A stretch of DNA of 64,000 bases from an uncultured Erysipelotrichaceae bacterium (GTDB lineage Bacteria > Bacillota_I > Bacilli_A > RFN20 > CAG-826), in the NCBI GenBank assembly GCA_902800025.1, contig CADCDA010000001.1, positions 88,288 through 152,287 on the forward strand, in the 5' to 3' direction. Position numbers and translations under genes: made by a program. This document shows positions 1 through 9,343 of the stretch, one piece after another. Positions within the stretch are counted from its first letter, which is position 1. Each line of letters begins with the position of its first letter. The notes under the pieces are model-generated. The model ran no database searches. It worked only from the letters and a program-made list of their open reading frames with translations, and was not told the DNA's origin.

Positions 1-22
1 TTGAAAGCGAAGGAGCAAAACA

Positions 23-1303
23 ATGATTAAAGTTGATGTTAGTAATGTCATTAGTGAAGAAGAAATTGCTAAATATAGTGAAAAGGCTAAAACCATCAAT
101 AAGATGATTAATGAAAAGACCGGACCAGGAAACGATTTCTTAGGTTGGGTTGATTGGCCAGAAAACTACGATAAAGAGGAATTAGAAAGATTAATTAGGG
201 ACGCTAAATATGTTAGAGAAAATTTTGACGTTTTAGTGGTCGCAGGTATTGGAGGATCCTATCTAGGAGCAAGATGTGCTTTAGACGCTCTTAAAGGAAT
301 TAAAAATACTGAAAAACCAGAAATCATTTTCATGGGTCAAACATTCTCACCAAATTACACCGCTCAAGTTCTCGATTATTTAAAAGATAAGAACTTTGCC
401 ATTAACGTTATTTCTAAAAGTGGCACCACCACTGAAACCTCTATTGCCTTTAGATTATTAAAGAGCCTTTTAGAAGAAAAAGTTGGCAAAGAAAACGCAA
501 GAAAGGCCATATTTGCGGTAACTGACAAAGAAAAAGGCGCTCTTAAAACCTTATGCAACCAAGAAGGATATTCCACATATGTCTTACCAGGAAATATCGG
601 TGGTAGATATTCTGTCCTTACCCCAGTTGGCTTATTCCCACTTGCAGTAAGTGGAGTCGATGTCAAAGCGATGTTAGAAGGCGCTAAAGTAGCCAAGAAA
701 GAATTTGATAATCCAAATCTTAAAGAAAATAGTTGCTATCGCTATGCGGTCAGTAGAGATTATATGTACCGTCATGGTCATCCAGTTGAGATGTATGTCA
801 CATATGAACCACAAATGACTCAAATCTCCGAATGGTTAAAACAATTATTTGGTGAAAGTGAAGGAAAAGAAAAGAAAGGCTTACTACCAACAAGCGCGAC
901 TTTCTCAACCGACCTCCACTCCTTAGGACAATTCATCCAAGATGGTTCACCAATCTTATTTGAAACAATCTTAAATGTTATTAATCCTCAATTAGACGTC
1001 GTTATCCCAAGCGATAAAGATGATTTAGATGGACTTAACTATTTAGCAGGCAAGAAACTCTCTTATGTCAACCAAATGGCGTATCAAGGAACATTAAACG
1101 CTCATGAAGTTGATGGAGGTGTTCCATGTAACGTTATTACCATTGAAAAAATGGACGCTAAAACACTCGGTTACCTCTTCTATTTCTTCATGAGAGCATG
1201 CGCTTTAAGTGCCTATTTACTCGAAATCAATCCATTTAACCAACCAGGCGTTGAAATCTATAAGAAAAATATGTTCCATCTCCTCGGTAAAAAAGGATAT
1301 TAA
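23..1303 (+). CDS. pgi: Glucose-6-phosphate isomerase
   Basis: 426-aa ORF with the short Firmicute-type PGI architecture (SIS domains, GIGGS, DKEK motifs). AAGGAG Shine-Dalgarno 6 nt upstream of the ATG. Confidence 0.9.
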   Translation: MIKVDVSNVISEEEIAKYSEKAKTINKMINEKTGPGNDFLGWVDWPENYDKEELERLIRDAKYVRENFDVLVVAGIGGSYLGARCALDALKGIKNTEKPEIIFMGQTFSPNYTAQVLDYLKDKNFAINVISKSGTTTETSIAFRLLKSLLEEKVGKENARKAIFAVTDKEKGALKTLCNQEGYSTYVLPGNIGGRYSVLTPVGLFPLAVSGVDVKAMLEGAKVAKKEFDNPNLKENSCYRYAVSRDYMYRHGHPVEMYVTYEPQMTQISEWLKQLFGESEGKEKKGLLPTSATFSTDLHSLGQFIQDGSPILFETILNVINPQLDVVIPSDKDDLDGLNYLAGKKLSYVNQMAYQGTLNAHEVDGGVPCNVITIEKMDAKTLGYLFYFFMRACALSAYLLEINPFNQPGVEIYKKNMFHLLGKKGY

Positions 1304-1331
1304 CTATATTTATATAGTTTAACCGTTTAGA

Positions 1332-1360
1332 AAATCGTCAGCGAAATTGACGATTTTTTT
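1332..1360 (+). terminator. Rho-independent terminator downstream of pgi
   Basis: Hairpin AATCGTCA-GCGAAAT-TGACGATT followed by TTTTTTT. Confidence 0.7.
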
Positions 1361-1361
1361 A

Positions 1362-1390
1362 TTGATTTATATATATCATAATGGTATATT
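1362..1390 (+). promoter_or_regulatory. Sigma-A-type promoter for the tRNA cluster
   Basis: TTGATT (1362-1367), 17-nt spacer, extended -10 TGgTATATT (1382-1390); the first tRNA starts 24 nt downstream. Confidence 0.6.
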
Positions 1391-1413
1391 ATTTAACGCG
1401 TATCTGCAAAAGC

Positions 1414-1489
1414 GGATGCTTAGCTCAGCTGGGAGAGCATCGCCTTTACACGGCGGAGGTCGGGGGTTCGAGCCCCTCAGCATCCACCA
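1414..1489 (+). tRNA. tRNA-Val (anticodon TAC)
   Basis: Cloverleaf folded by eye: acceptor GGATGCT/AGCATCC, D-arm GCTC..GAGC, anticodon loop TTTACAC, T-loop TTCGAGC, encoded CCA. Confidence 0.85.
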
Positions 1490-1508
1490 CTATACGCCAA
1501 AATAAAAT

Positions 1509-1592
1509 GGAGGGGTAGCGAAGAGGCTAAACGCGGCTGACTGTAAATCAGCTCCTTAGGGTTCGGCGGTTCGAATCTGCCCCCCTCCACCA
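1509..1592 (+). tRNA. tRNA-Tyr (anticodon GTA)
   Basis: Acceptor GGAGGGG/CCCCTCC, anticodon loop CTGTAAA, long variable arm, T-loop TTCGAAT, encoded CCA. Confidence 0.85.
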
Positions 1593-1600
1593 CCTATTAT

Positions 1601-1676
1601 TGGGGTGTAGCCAAGAGGTAAGGCAACAGACTTTGACTCTGTCATCTCAGTGGTTCGATCCCACTCACCCCAGCCA
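1601..1676 (+). tRNA. tRNA-Gln (anticodon TTG)
   Basis: Acceptor TGGGGTG/CACCCCA, anticodon stem ACAGA/TCTGT with loop CTTTGAC, T-loop TTCGATC, encoded CCA. Confidence 0.85.
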
Positions 1677-1681
1677 ATTTT

Positions 1682-1757
1682 GACTCGCTAGCTCAGTCGG
1701 TAGAGCACTTGACTTTTAATCAAGGGGTCCGGAGTTCGAATCTCCGGCGAGTCACCA
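1682..1757 (+). tRNA. tRNA-Lys (anticodon TTT)
   Basis: Acceptor GACTCGC/GCGAGTC, anticodon loop CTTTTAA, T-loop TTCGAAT, encoded CCA. Confidence 0.85.
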
Positions 1758-1772
1758 CTTGATTAAAAAGAT

Positions 1773-1860
1773 GCCCAGGTGGCGGAACAGGTAGACGCAC
1801 AAGACTTAAAATCTTGCGGATGTATAATCCGTACCGGTTCGATTCCGGTCCCGGGCACCA
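1773..1860 (+). tRNA. tRNA-Leu (anticodon TAA)
   Basis: Class II tRNA with long variable arm (GCGGATGTATAATCCGT), anticodon loop CTTAAAA, T-loop TTCGATT, encoded CCA. Confidence 0.8.
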
Positions 1861-1865
1861 ACAAG

Positions 1866-1902
1866 TGAAAAAAAGACTACTTATGTAGTCTTTTATTTTT
1901 TG
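1866..1902. terminator. Bidirectional rho-independent terminator (tRNA cluster on +, adhE on -)
   Basis: Hairpin AAGACTAC-TTAT-GTAGTCTT flanked by an A-run upstream and a T-run downstream. Confidence 0.75.
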
Positions 1903-1911
1903 CTTTTAAGG

Positions 1912-4524
1912 CTATTCGCCTTTATAAGCTTTCTTTAAGATTTCTTTCATGTCTTCCACGAGTGGAACTCTTGGATTACATGGTGAACATTGATCTTCAA
2001 AGGCGAGAACCGCAACACGATCAAGCTTTGACATATATTCTTCTTCAGAAATACCATAGCTTGCAAAGTTATCGCTTAAGCCAATTGAAGTTTGTAAATC
2101 ATGACATGCTTTCGCTAATGATTCAACACCTTCTGCTGGAGTAGATGCTGGTAAACCTAATAAACGAGCGATATCTTGATATTTCTTATCAGCGCAGTAT
2201 TCATTATATTTTGGCCACACAGATAATTTTGTTGGAACTTGTCCGTTATATCTAATGACATATGGGAGAAGAACACCACATGTATGTCCGTGAACTGTAT
2301 GGAATTCAGCGCCAACTTTATGGGCTAATGAGTGAGTCATTCCTAAGAATGCGTTTGCGAATGCCATACCAGCAATAGTTGCGGCATTATGCATCTTTTC
2401 ACGAGCTTCTAAGTCATGAGTACCGTCTTTGACTGCTCTTGGTAAATATTTGAAGACTAATTCAATAGCCTTAATGGCTAAACCATCAGTAAAGTCACTA
2501 GCCATAACAGAGACATATGCTTCAATCGCATGAGTAAGAACATCCATACCTGTCATAGCGGTTGCTTTTGGAGGTAAGTTTGTTGTAAATTCGGCGTCGA
2601 CAATTGCCACTGTTGGAGTTAATGAATAGTCAGTAAGAGGATATTTCTTATTATTCTTTTTATCAGAAATAACCGCAAATGGAGTCACTTCACTACCGGT
2701 GCCAGAAGTGGTTGGAATACAAATTAAACGGGACTTCTTGCCTAATTCAGGATATTTGAAGGCTCTCTTTCTAATATCCATGAATTTTTGTTTTAAGTCA
2801 TCGAAGTTGACTTCTGGATGTTCATAGAATAACCACATTCCTTTAGCGGCGTCCATGACTGAACCACCACCTAAAGCGATAATGACATCAGGTTTGAAGA
2901 TTTTCATCATCTCCGCGCCTTTTCTTACTGTTTCAATATCTGGATCTGGTTCAACATCACAGAATAATTGCATTTGTACTTTATTTCTTCTTAAGTTAAG
3001 TTGATCAGCAATCTTCTTGAAGAAGCCGAATTCCACCATTGAGGTATCGGTAACGATAAAGGCTTTATTAATATCTTTACAAGATTTTAAATATTGAATT
3101 GAATTACGTTCAAAATAAATTTTTGAAGGAACTTTAAACCACTGCACTGTATTTCTCCTTTTACCAACTTTTTTGATATTTAATAAGTTGATGGCGCTGA
3201 CGTTTCCACCGATTGAGTTATGGCCATAACTACCACAGCCCAAAGTCATTGATGGGAGGAAGGAATTATAGATATTTCCGATTCCACCAAAGGAAGATGG
3301 TGTATTCCAGATAATTCTCATCGCTGGAACTTTTTCACCGAAAGCATCCGCCATTGATTGATCAGCGCAGTGAATAGCCGCGCTATGTCCCATTCCATTA
3401 AATGAGACCATTTGGAATGATTTTTCAAATCCTTCTTTATCGTCTTTAACTTTAAAGAATGCCAATACTGGAGAAAGTTTTTCTCTACTGATTGGTTCTT
3501 CTGGTCCAACGGTCTTACATTCAACACCGATAACTGATGTATCTTTAGGAATTTCAAATCCAGCTTGGGAAGCAATCCAATATGGGGATTTACCAACGAT
3601 ATCAGCGTTAAGTTTAGCTTTTTCAACGCCTTCATCTCCTGAAGCGTAGCCAAACATAAATCTAGATAATTTCTTCTTTTCTTCTTTATTTACAAAGTAA
3701 ACTTTGAATTTCTTAAATAAAGCAATTGCTTCATCATAAATTGCTTCATCGATAATCGCTGCTTGTTCAGAAGCACAAACCATACCATTATCGAAAGATT
3801 TAGAACTAACGATATCATTTACTGCTTGTTCAACATTACAGCTCTTATTCATATACGCTGGAACATTACCTGCTCCAACACCCATTGCAGGTTTGCCACA
3901 GCTATAAGCTGCTTTAACCATTGCGTTACCACCAGTAGCAAGAATTGTAGCAACTCCTGGGTGATTCATTAACGCAGATGTCGCTTCCATACTTGGGTGT
4001 TCAATCCATTGAATGCAATCTTTAGGAGCACCAGCCTTAACAGCGGCGTCTCTCATAATAATTGCAGCTTCTTTAGAACATTGTTGGGCATTTGGATGGA
4101 ATGCAAAAATGATTGGGTTTCTTGTTTTTAATGAAATTAAACATTTAAAGATAACTGTACTTGTTGGGTTTGTAACTGGGGTAATACCGCAAATAACACC
4201 AACTGGATCAGCGATTTCGGTAATACCAGTGACTGGGTCATCACTAATAACTCCGACAGTTTTTAAATGTCTCATGTTATTAACGACATATTCACATGCG
4301 AAGAGGTTCTTTGTTGCTTTATCTTCGAAAATTCCTCTTTTTGTTTCATTAATTGCACTTGCAGCGAGTGTGCCGTGATGATCTAATCCAGCAACTGAAC
4401 ACTTAGCGACGATATGATCGATTTGTTCTTGATCAAGATAAAGAAATTCGTCTAACGCAACTGTTGCTTTTTTTACTAGTGCATCAACTTCTTCTTGTGG
4501 GCTAATAATCTTCTCTTTTTCCAT
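1912..4524 (-). CDS. adhE: Bifunctional acetaldehyde-CoA/alcohol dehydrogenase
   Basis: 870 aa: N-terminal aldehyde dehydrogenase domain followed by a C-terminal iron-containing alcohol dehydrogenase domain (GGGSVMD, His-rich metal site). Confidence 0.92.
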   Translation of the reverse strand: MEKEKIISPQEEVDALVKKATVALDEFLYLDQEQIDHIVAKCSVAGLDHHGTLAASAINETKRGIFEDKATKNLFACEYVVNNMRHLKTVGVISDDPVTGITEIADPVGVICGITPVTNPTSTVIFKCLISLKTRNPIIFAFHPNAQQCSKEAAIIMRDAAVKAGAPKDCIQWIEHPSMEATSALMNHPGVATILATGGNAMVKAAYSCGKPAMGVGAGNVPAYMNKSCNVEQAVNDIVSSKSFDNGMVCASEQAAIIDEAIYDEAIALFKKFKVYFVNKEEKKKLSRFMFGYASGDEGVEKAKLNADIVGKSPYWIASQAGFEIPKDTSVIGVECKTVGPEEPISREKLSPVLAFFKVKDDKEGFEKSFQMVSFNGMGHSAAIHCADQSMADAFGEKVPAMRIIWNTPSSFGGIGNIYNSFLPSMTLGCGSYGHNSIGGNVSAINLLNIKKVGKRRNTVQWFKVPSKIYFERNSIQYLKSCKDINKAFIVTDTSMVEFGFFKKIADQLNLRRNKVQMQLFCDVEPDPDIETVRKGAEMMKIFKPDVIIALGGGSVMDAAKGMWLFYEHPEVNFDDLKQKFMDIRKRAFKYPELGKKSRLICIPTTSGTGSEVTPFAVISDKKNNKKYPLTDYSLTPTVAIVDAEFTTNLPPKATAMTGMDVLTHAIEAYVSVMASDFTDGLAIKAIELVFKYLPRAVKDGTHDLEAREKMHNAATIAGMAFANAFLGMTHSLAHKVGAEFHTVHGHTCGVLLPYVIRYNGQVPTKLSVWPKYNEYCADKKYQDIARLLGLPASTPAEGVESLAKACHDLQTSIGLSDNFASYGISEEEYMSKLDRVAVLAFEDQCSPCNPRVPLVEDMKEILKKAYKGE

Positions 4525-4525
4525 A

Positions 4526-5158
4526 TTAGTTCTTCTCCTTATTACTTAACTTATGTTGTAAAATGGCAAAACTACTTGCCATATTTATATTTTCTATAAC
4601 GACGTCATCACCGACATTTAAATGTACTGGAACAAAGTTCCAAATCCCTTTAATTCCTGCGTTCACTAAACGGTCAGCGTTATCTTGAGCAGCAGAAAGA
4701 GGAACAGCGAGAATCGCTATTTCTAACCCTAATTCATCTATCTTGTTTGATAATTGGTAGACACTGTAAATATCTTTTCCGTTAACTTGGCTACCAACTA
4801 AATTTGAGTCGATATCAAATCCACAAACAATATCCAAACCAAAATCATTAAAACCTTTATAGTTCATTAAGGCTTTGCCTAAATGACCAACACCGACAAC
4901 CGCTGCTTTTGTGAGATTGTCATAATGTAAAAAAGCTTTAATATCTTCAATTAATTCATTAATATCTCTACCTAATTTAGGTTTTCCATTATTTGATGAG
5001 ACAACTTGCAAATCTTTTCTTACTTGTTCTTCAGAAAAAGAAAGCGCATTAGCGATCACAGGAGATGAAATGGTCTTATAACCACTATCGCGCATAGATA
5101 ATAAATATTTAAGGTATATAGGGAATCGTTCTAGTTGTCTTTCGGATACTTGTTTCAT
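4526..5158 (-). CDS. rex: Redox-sensing transcriptional repressor Rex
   Basis: 210 aa with an N-terminal winged helix and a Rossmann GxGxxG motif (VGVGHLGKAL). The stop codon lies 1 nt from the adhE start, the classic rex-adhE pairing. Confidence 0.88.
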   Translation of the reverse strand: MKQVSERQLERFPIYLKYLLSMRDSGYKTISSPVIANALSFSEEQVRKDLQVVSSNNGKPKLGRDINELIEDIKAFLHYDNLTKAAVVGVGHLGKALMNYKGFNDFGLDIVCGFDIDSNLVGSQVNGKDIYSVYQLSNKIDELGLEIAILAVPLSAAQDNADRLVNAGIKGIWNFVPVHLNVGDDVVIENINMASSFAILQHKLSNKEKN

Positions 5159-5184
5159 ATATTCAGTATTTTTTTACTGATATA

Positions 5185-5213
5185 ATTATACTCTAGTGAT
5201 TTTGCTGAATCAA
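5185..5213 (-). promoter_or_regulatory. Consensus sigma-A promoter of the rex-adhE operon
   Basis: On the minus strand: TTGATT (5208-5213), 17-nt spacer, TATAAT (5185-5190). It is flanked by two exact 14-nt direct repeats, TTTTTACTGATATA, at 5171-5184 and 5218-5231. Confidence 0.6.
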
Positions 5214-5234
5214 TAAATTTTTACTGATATACCA

Positions 5235-6986
5235 TTAATTTTCGAACTGAAGTTTATAAAGGTTATAATAATAACCTTGCTTATCAATTAGTTCCTGATG
5301 ATTACCACTTTCGATGATTTCTCCGTGCGATAAAACAATAATTTTATCTGCGTTTTGAATTGTTGAAAGTCGATGCGCGACGATGAGCATTGTTCCAATG
5401 TTTTTGATTTTAGATAAGCTTTCTTGAATAACGAGTTCAGTTTCTGTATCAATATTCGCAGTTGCTTCATCAAGAATCATTATTTGTGGTTTATGGATAA
5501 TTGTTCTAGCAAAAGACAATAACTGTCTTTGTCCTGTAGAGAAGTTCTCTCCTTTTTCCACTATTCCTTCTTCAAGTCCATTATCAAGTTGATTGATAAA
5601 AGTATCCGCATTGACATATTTAATCGCATCATTGATTTCTTGGTCACTAAATGAATCATCAAATAAAGTGATATTTTCTTTAATAGTTCCGGTAAAAAGG
5701 AATACATCTTGAAGCATCTGCCCTACTCCTCTTCTTAAAGAAGAGAGTTTAATTGTGTTGATATCAATATCATCAATAAGTATTTGTCCACTTTGAATTT
5801 CAAAATTTCTAACTATTAAATTTAGAATTGTGGTTTTACCAGCTCCTGTAGCGCCGACAAAAGCAATAGTCTCCTTAGGATTAATAACGAATGAAACATC
5901 TTTTAAAATCCAGTTTTCTTTGTCATAAGAGAAATAAACGTGTATAAATTCAATCTTTCCTTTAAACTCACTAATTTCAATTGAGTCTTTTCGATCAACA
6001 ACCTCTGGAACGATATCGAAAAGATTAAATAATCTTTCAATCGCACTTGTTGCTCTAGTAACGTGATTAAGCGCATCGGCAAGAGATTGAATTGGTTCAA
6101 AGAAATAATTAAGGAATAAATAGAAGCTAACGATAACTCCAGCGGAAAGCCCTAGTCTTACGCCCATGTAGATGATAAGAGCAACAGACAATATATAAAT
6201 GAGCGACACTAAAGGTCGATATAAAGAGAAGGCAATAGTAACAGCATATTTAGTTTTAAAGAATTCATGATTCTTTTCTTTAAATATCTTGTTATATTTT
6301 TCTTCTTGTTTAAATAATTGAATAATCTTCATTCCAGAAAGAGATTCATTTAAAAATGAATTGAGATCAGATAGCTGCGCTCTTTCTCTAACAAATATCT
6401 TATGGACTTGTTTCCAGAACACTAAAGAAATAATAAAGATGATAACTGTAACACCAGTCATAATTAGACCAAGTTCCACCGATAAAATAAGCATCCAAAT
6501 ATATACTGCAGTAACAGTTAATAAATCTCTAACAATCATCACTAATGTTCCAGTAAAAAATTCACTTAATTGAGAAGTGTAACTACATACCCTGGTAACT
6601 AAAGAGCCAACCGCCATGTCGTTGAATTGGCTTTGAGACATATTTTCAACGTGTTCAAAAACTTCCATTCTTAAGGAATAGACGATTCTTTGACCAGCTT
6701 TTGTTAAAATCATGCTTTCAATCATTACTAGTGATTGAGTAACAAATGCTACAAAGAAAACTAAGCACGCAATAATGATAATTGTATCTAAGATAACATC
6801 ATCTCTAACGATATAGTCGGTAAAGTAGCCTGTAATACGAGGAGAGATAACACCAAGGAATACGTTAACAAAGATTAGTAAAAGAGAAATAGCGAAAGCT
6901 TTCTTTTCTTTGCGAACATATTTCCAAGTACGTTTTAAAAGCGTTTTGGTTGGTATCTTTTTATGCTCTAATAAGTCTTTCACCAC
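5235..6986 (-). CDS. ABC exporter, fused permease/ATP-binding subunit (ABCB-type, heterodimer partner)
   Basis: Six-TM N-terminal domain plus C-terminal NBD (Walker A GATGAGKTT, signature FSTGQRQLLSFAR, Walker B ILDEAT). Confidence 0.85.
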   Translation of the reverse strand: MVKDLLEHKKIPTKTLLKRTWKYVRKEKKAFAISLLLIFVNVFLGVISPRITGYFTDYIVRDDVILDTIIIIACLVFFVAFVTQSLVMIESMILTKAGQRIVYSLRMEVFEHVENMSQSQFNDMAVGSLVTRVCSYTSQLSEFFTGTLVMIVRDLLTVTAVYIWMLILSVELGLIMTGVTVIIFIISLVFWKQVHKIFVRERAQLSDLNSFLNESLSGMKIIQLFKQEEKYNKIFKEKNHEFFKTKYAVTIAFSLYRPLVSLIYILSVALIIYMGVRLGLSAGVIVSFYLFLNYFFEPIQSLADALNHVTRATSAIERLFNLFDIVPEVVDRKDSIEISEFKGKIEFIHVYFSYDKENWILKDVSFVINPKETIAFVGATGAGKTTILNLIVRNFEIQSGQILIDDIDINTIKLSSLRRGVGQMLQDVFLFTGTIKENITLFDDSFSDQEINDAIKYVNADTFINQLDNGLEEGIVEKGENFSTGQRQLLSFARTIIHKPQIMILDEATANIDTETELVIQESLSKIKNIGTMLIVAHRLSTIQNADKIIVLSHGEIIESGNHQELIDKQGYYYNLYKLQFEN

Positions 6987-8779
6987 TACTCTCCTTTCTT
7001 TGTACTCAGCTGTTGTAAAAGAACCATTCTTGAGAACGTTCCTTCTTGTTTCAAAAGGTTGCTTGGGGTATCAAAAGCCTCAAGAGACCCCTTATTTAAG
7101 ACAATTACCTTATCGGCGCCCATGACTGTTGAGACACGAGAAGCGACGATAATTGTGGTTTTTCCTGCTCTTTGTTCTCTTAAATTCTTTAAGATATTTT
7201 GCTCAGTTTTTAAATCAACCGCACTAACAACATCGTCTAAGATTAAAATTTGTGAATCTTTATAGAAGGCCCTTGCTAAAGATATTCTTTGCTTTTGTCC
7301 ACCAGAAATAGTCGCCCCGTTTTCAGCGATGACTGTCTCTTCTTTATTTTCAAATTCATCTAAGTCTTTTTTAAGATCGCTATAAAGAATTGCTTCACGA
7401 AGTTTAACTTCATCAAGGTTATTATTATCAAAGATAATGTTTTCTTTAATAGAGCCACTAAAAAGGAAATTATCTTGAGGAGAATAAGCAAAGCCTTCTC
7501 TTAAAGAAGATAGCTTAATATCCATAATGTCATTATCATCAATATAAACTTGGTTTCTATTTACGTTATAAAGTCTAGTTAATGTATTGACTAAAGTGGA
7601 CTTCCCACTACCAACTGCACCGACAATTCCAATTAATTCCCCTTCTTTTATTTCTAAAGAAATATCTTTTAAAGAATCTTTACTTGCTCCTTCATATCTA
7701 AACGAGAAATGATCTAATTTGATATTCCCTTTAATCTCAACATCCTTTGCGTTCTCATTGTCTTTAATGTTTATTGGTATATCTAAAAAGTTAGCCACTC
7801 TTCGATAAGAGGTTCTGGCTTTAGAAAACATCGTTATCACTTGCCCCAAAGCGATCATTGGCCACACTAAAGTGTAAAAATATCCTTGGAATGTAACGAG
7901 CTGTCCAGGATCTAATTCAATTTTATACCCAAACATAACAATCGGATTATGGGTGACTGTTGCATAAACAAACCAACCACCAAAACCTAATATAATTGCC
8001 GATACCAAAGCAACTATAATACCAATAAGAACATCAAACAAAACTGAAATATAAGTAAATTTAACGTTCGCTTCACTATTTGCTAAAGCAAGTTTATTAA
8101 ACTTATGAATTTGTTGTCTTTCTTTAACAAAGGCTTTAATCACTCTAATACCTGTAAATGATTCTTGAGAGAAATCATATAATCGGTCATTGCTTTCTTG
8201 CCTTAGTCTCCATCTATTTGACATATGCGTTTCACATAACGCGCCTGCTAGTGCAATTAAAAGGATTGGGAAAATAGCGATAAACGCTAGGTTTCGGCTC
8301 AAAATGAACATTTTTACCAGAGCTAAGACTGTTAGGAAAACACCATCAATAACCATCAAAGAACCCCATCCAAGGAACTCTTGTAGGGTTTCTAAATCAT
8401 CTGTGGCCCAGCTCATAATGTTTCCAACTTTATTATTATGATAATAAGAAACATCGAGTTTCTCGGCTTTTTCAAACATTTCTTTTCTTAAATTCTCTTC
8501 AATTCGTTTAGAAGCATAGAACAAAGAAAGCCTCCAAACAATTCTTCCAACAAATAAAACTACCGCAATCACGATAGTGCTTAATATCGTTTGGATGAAT
8601 TCTTGACTTTGAACGTCAATCGTTCCTTCTTTGTCAAGCTTATCAACTAGGCCACCGATGATTTCTGGGATTCGTAATTGAAATATATCAACAGTCACTA
8701 ACGCTGCAAGGCCAATTAAAAAGAAGATAATAAATCTCGGGTAATATTTCCTAACATATTTTCCCCAAATGAGTAACAT
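6986..8779 (-). CDS. ABC exporter, fused permease/ATP-binding subunit (ABCB-type, heterodimer partner)
   Basis: TMD plus NBD (GAVGSGKST, ISGGQKQRISLARA, ILDD). Overlaps the downstream partner gene by 1 nt, indicating translational coupling. Confidence 0.85.
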   Translation of the reverse strand: MLLIWGKYVRKYYPRFIIFFLIGLAALVTVDIFQLRIPEIIGGLVDKLDKEGTIDVQSQEFIQTILSTIVIAVVLFVGRIVWRLSLFYASKRIEENLRKEMFEKAEKLDVSYYHNNKVGNIMSWATDDLETLQEFLGWGSLMVIDGVFLTVLALVKMFILSRNLAFIAIFPILLIALAGALCETHMSNRWRLRQESNDRLYDFSQESFTGIRVIKAFVKERQQIHKFNKLALANSEANVKFTYISVLFDVLIGIIVALVSAIILGFGGWFVYATVTHNPIVMFGYKIELDPGQLVTFQGYFYTLVWPMIALGQVITMFSKARTSYRRVANFLDIPINIKDNENAKDVEIKGNIKLDHFSFRYEGASKDSLKDISLEIKEGELIGIVGAVGSGKSTLVNTLTRLYNVNRNQVYIDDNDIMDIKLSSLREGFAYSPQDNFLFSGSIKENIIFDNNNLDEVKLREAILYSDLKKDLDEFENKEETVIAENGATISGGQKQRISLARAFYKDSQILILDDVVSAVDLKTEQNILKNLREQRAGKTTIIVASRVSTVMGADKVIVLNKGSLEAFDTPSNLLKQEGTFSRMVLLQQLSTKKGE

Positions 8780-9292
8780 TTATTCTTTTGTCTCCTCTTT
8801 AATTTTCTTCTGATTGCGTCGATGAATTAAATAGTAAACCAAAAATGTAATTCCTCCAAATAATAGATATCCAGAGAAATCAATTAAAATATCAGTAAAA
8901 GCAAACGCTCTTCCAGGAGCGGTTAATTGTAATAGTTCACTAATAACAGCAACTGATAAACCAAGCGCTAAAGAATTGATGACAATTCTCTTTTTCATCT
9001 TATCAAAATCAGTGTGTCCAAAAATGAATGTTAGAGTTGTTAAAATACCGCTAACACCAAATAGTCCGAAGTGTCCGATTAATTTCCTCACCAAATGGTG
9101 AGCGAATTCTGGATCAGTCGCAATTCTTGAATTAGGCGCTATTGCTTTAAAGATATTTATAATGAATTGAGTAATCCCTAAACTCTGTGAAGAACTACCA
9201 CTCGCATCTACTGCGCCTTCGATCAAAATGAAAATATTTATCGCGATTGATAAGGCTAGAAAAATAAAAAATAGTATCCTTCTCTTTTTCAT
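8780..9292 (-). CDS. VanZ-like family membrane protein
   Basis: 170 aa with 4-5 TM segments and VanZ-family topology. Its stop abuts the ABC exporter start, so the three genes are probably co-transcribed. Confidence 0.55.
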   Translation of the reverse strand: MKKRRILFFIFLALSIAINIFILIEGAVDASGSSSQSLGITQFIINIFKAIAPNSRIATDPEFAHHLVRKLIGHFGLFGVSGILTTLTFIFGHTDFDKMKKRIVINSLALGLSVAVISELLQLTAPGRAFAFTDILIDFSGYLLFGGITFLVYYLIHRRNQKKIKEETKE

Positions 9293-9305
9293 TCTAGAAA
9301 TAATT

Positions 9306-9336
9306 TTATATGAAAATTATATCTAAGTGTTATAAT
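9306..9336 (+). promoter_or_regulatory. Extended -10 promoter, probably producing a leaderless or near-leaderless mRNA
   Basis: TGtTATAAT at 9328-9336 sits only 7 nt before the ATG at 9344. No Shine-Dalgarno sequence is present. Confidence 0.5.
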
Positions 9337-9343
9337 AATCTCT

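Noticed and set aside
376-696. Many 60-130-aa ORFs antisense to or out of frame within long conserved genes (for example 376..696, 3318..3653, 13629..13853, 18216..18602, 50190..50471)
   Set aside because: Each is embedded in a well-supported conserved CDS on the opposite strand or in another frame. AT-rich genomes generate such ORFs by chance.
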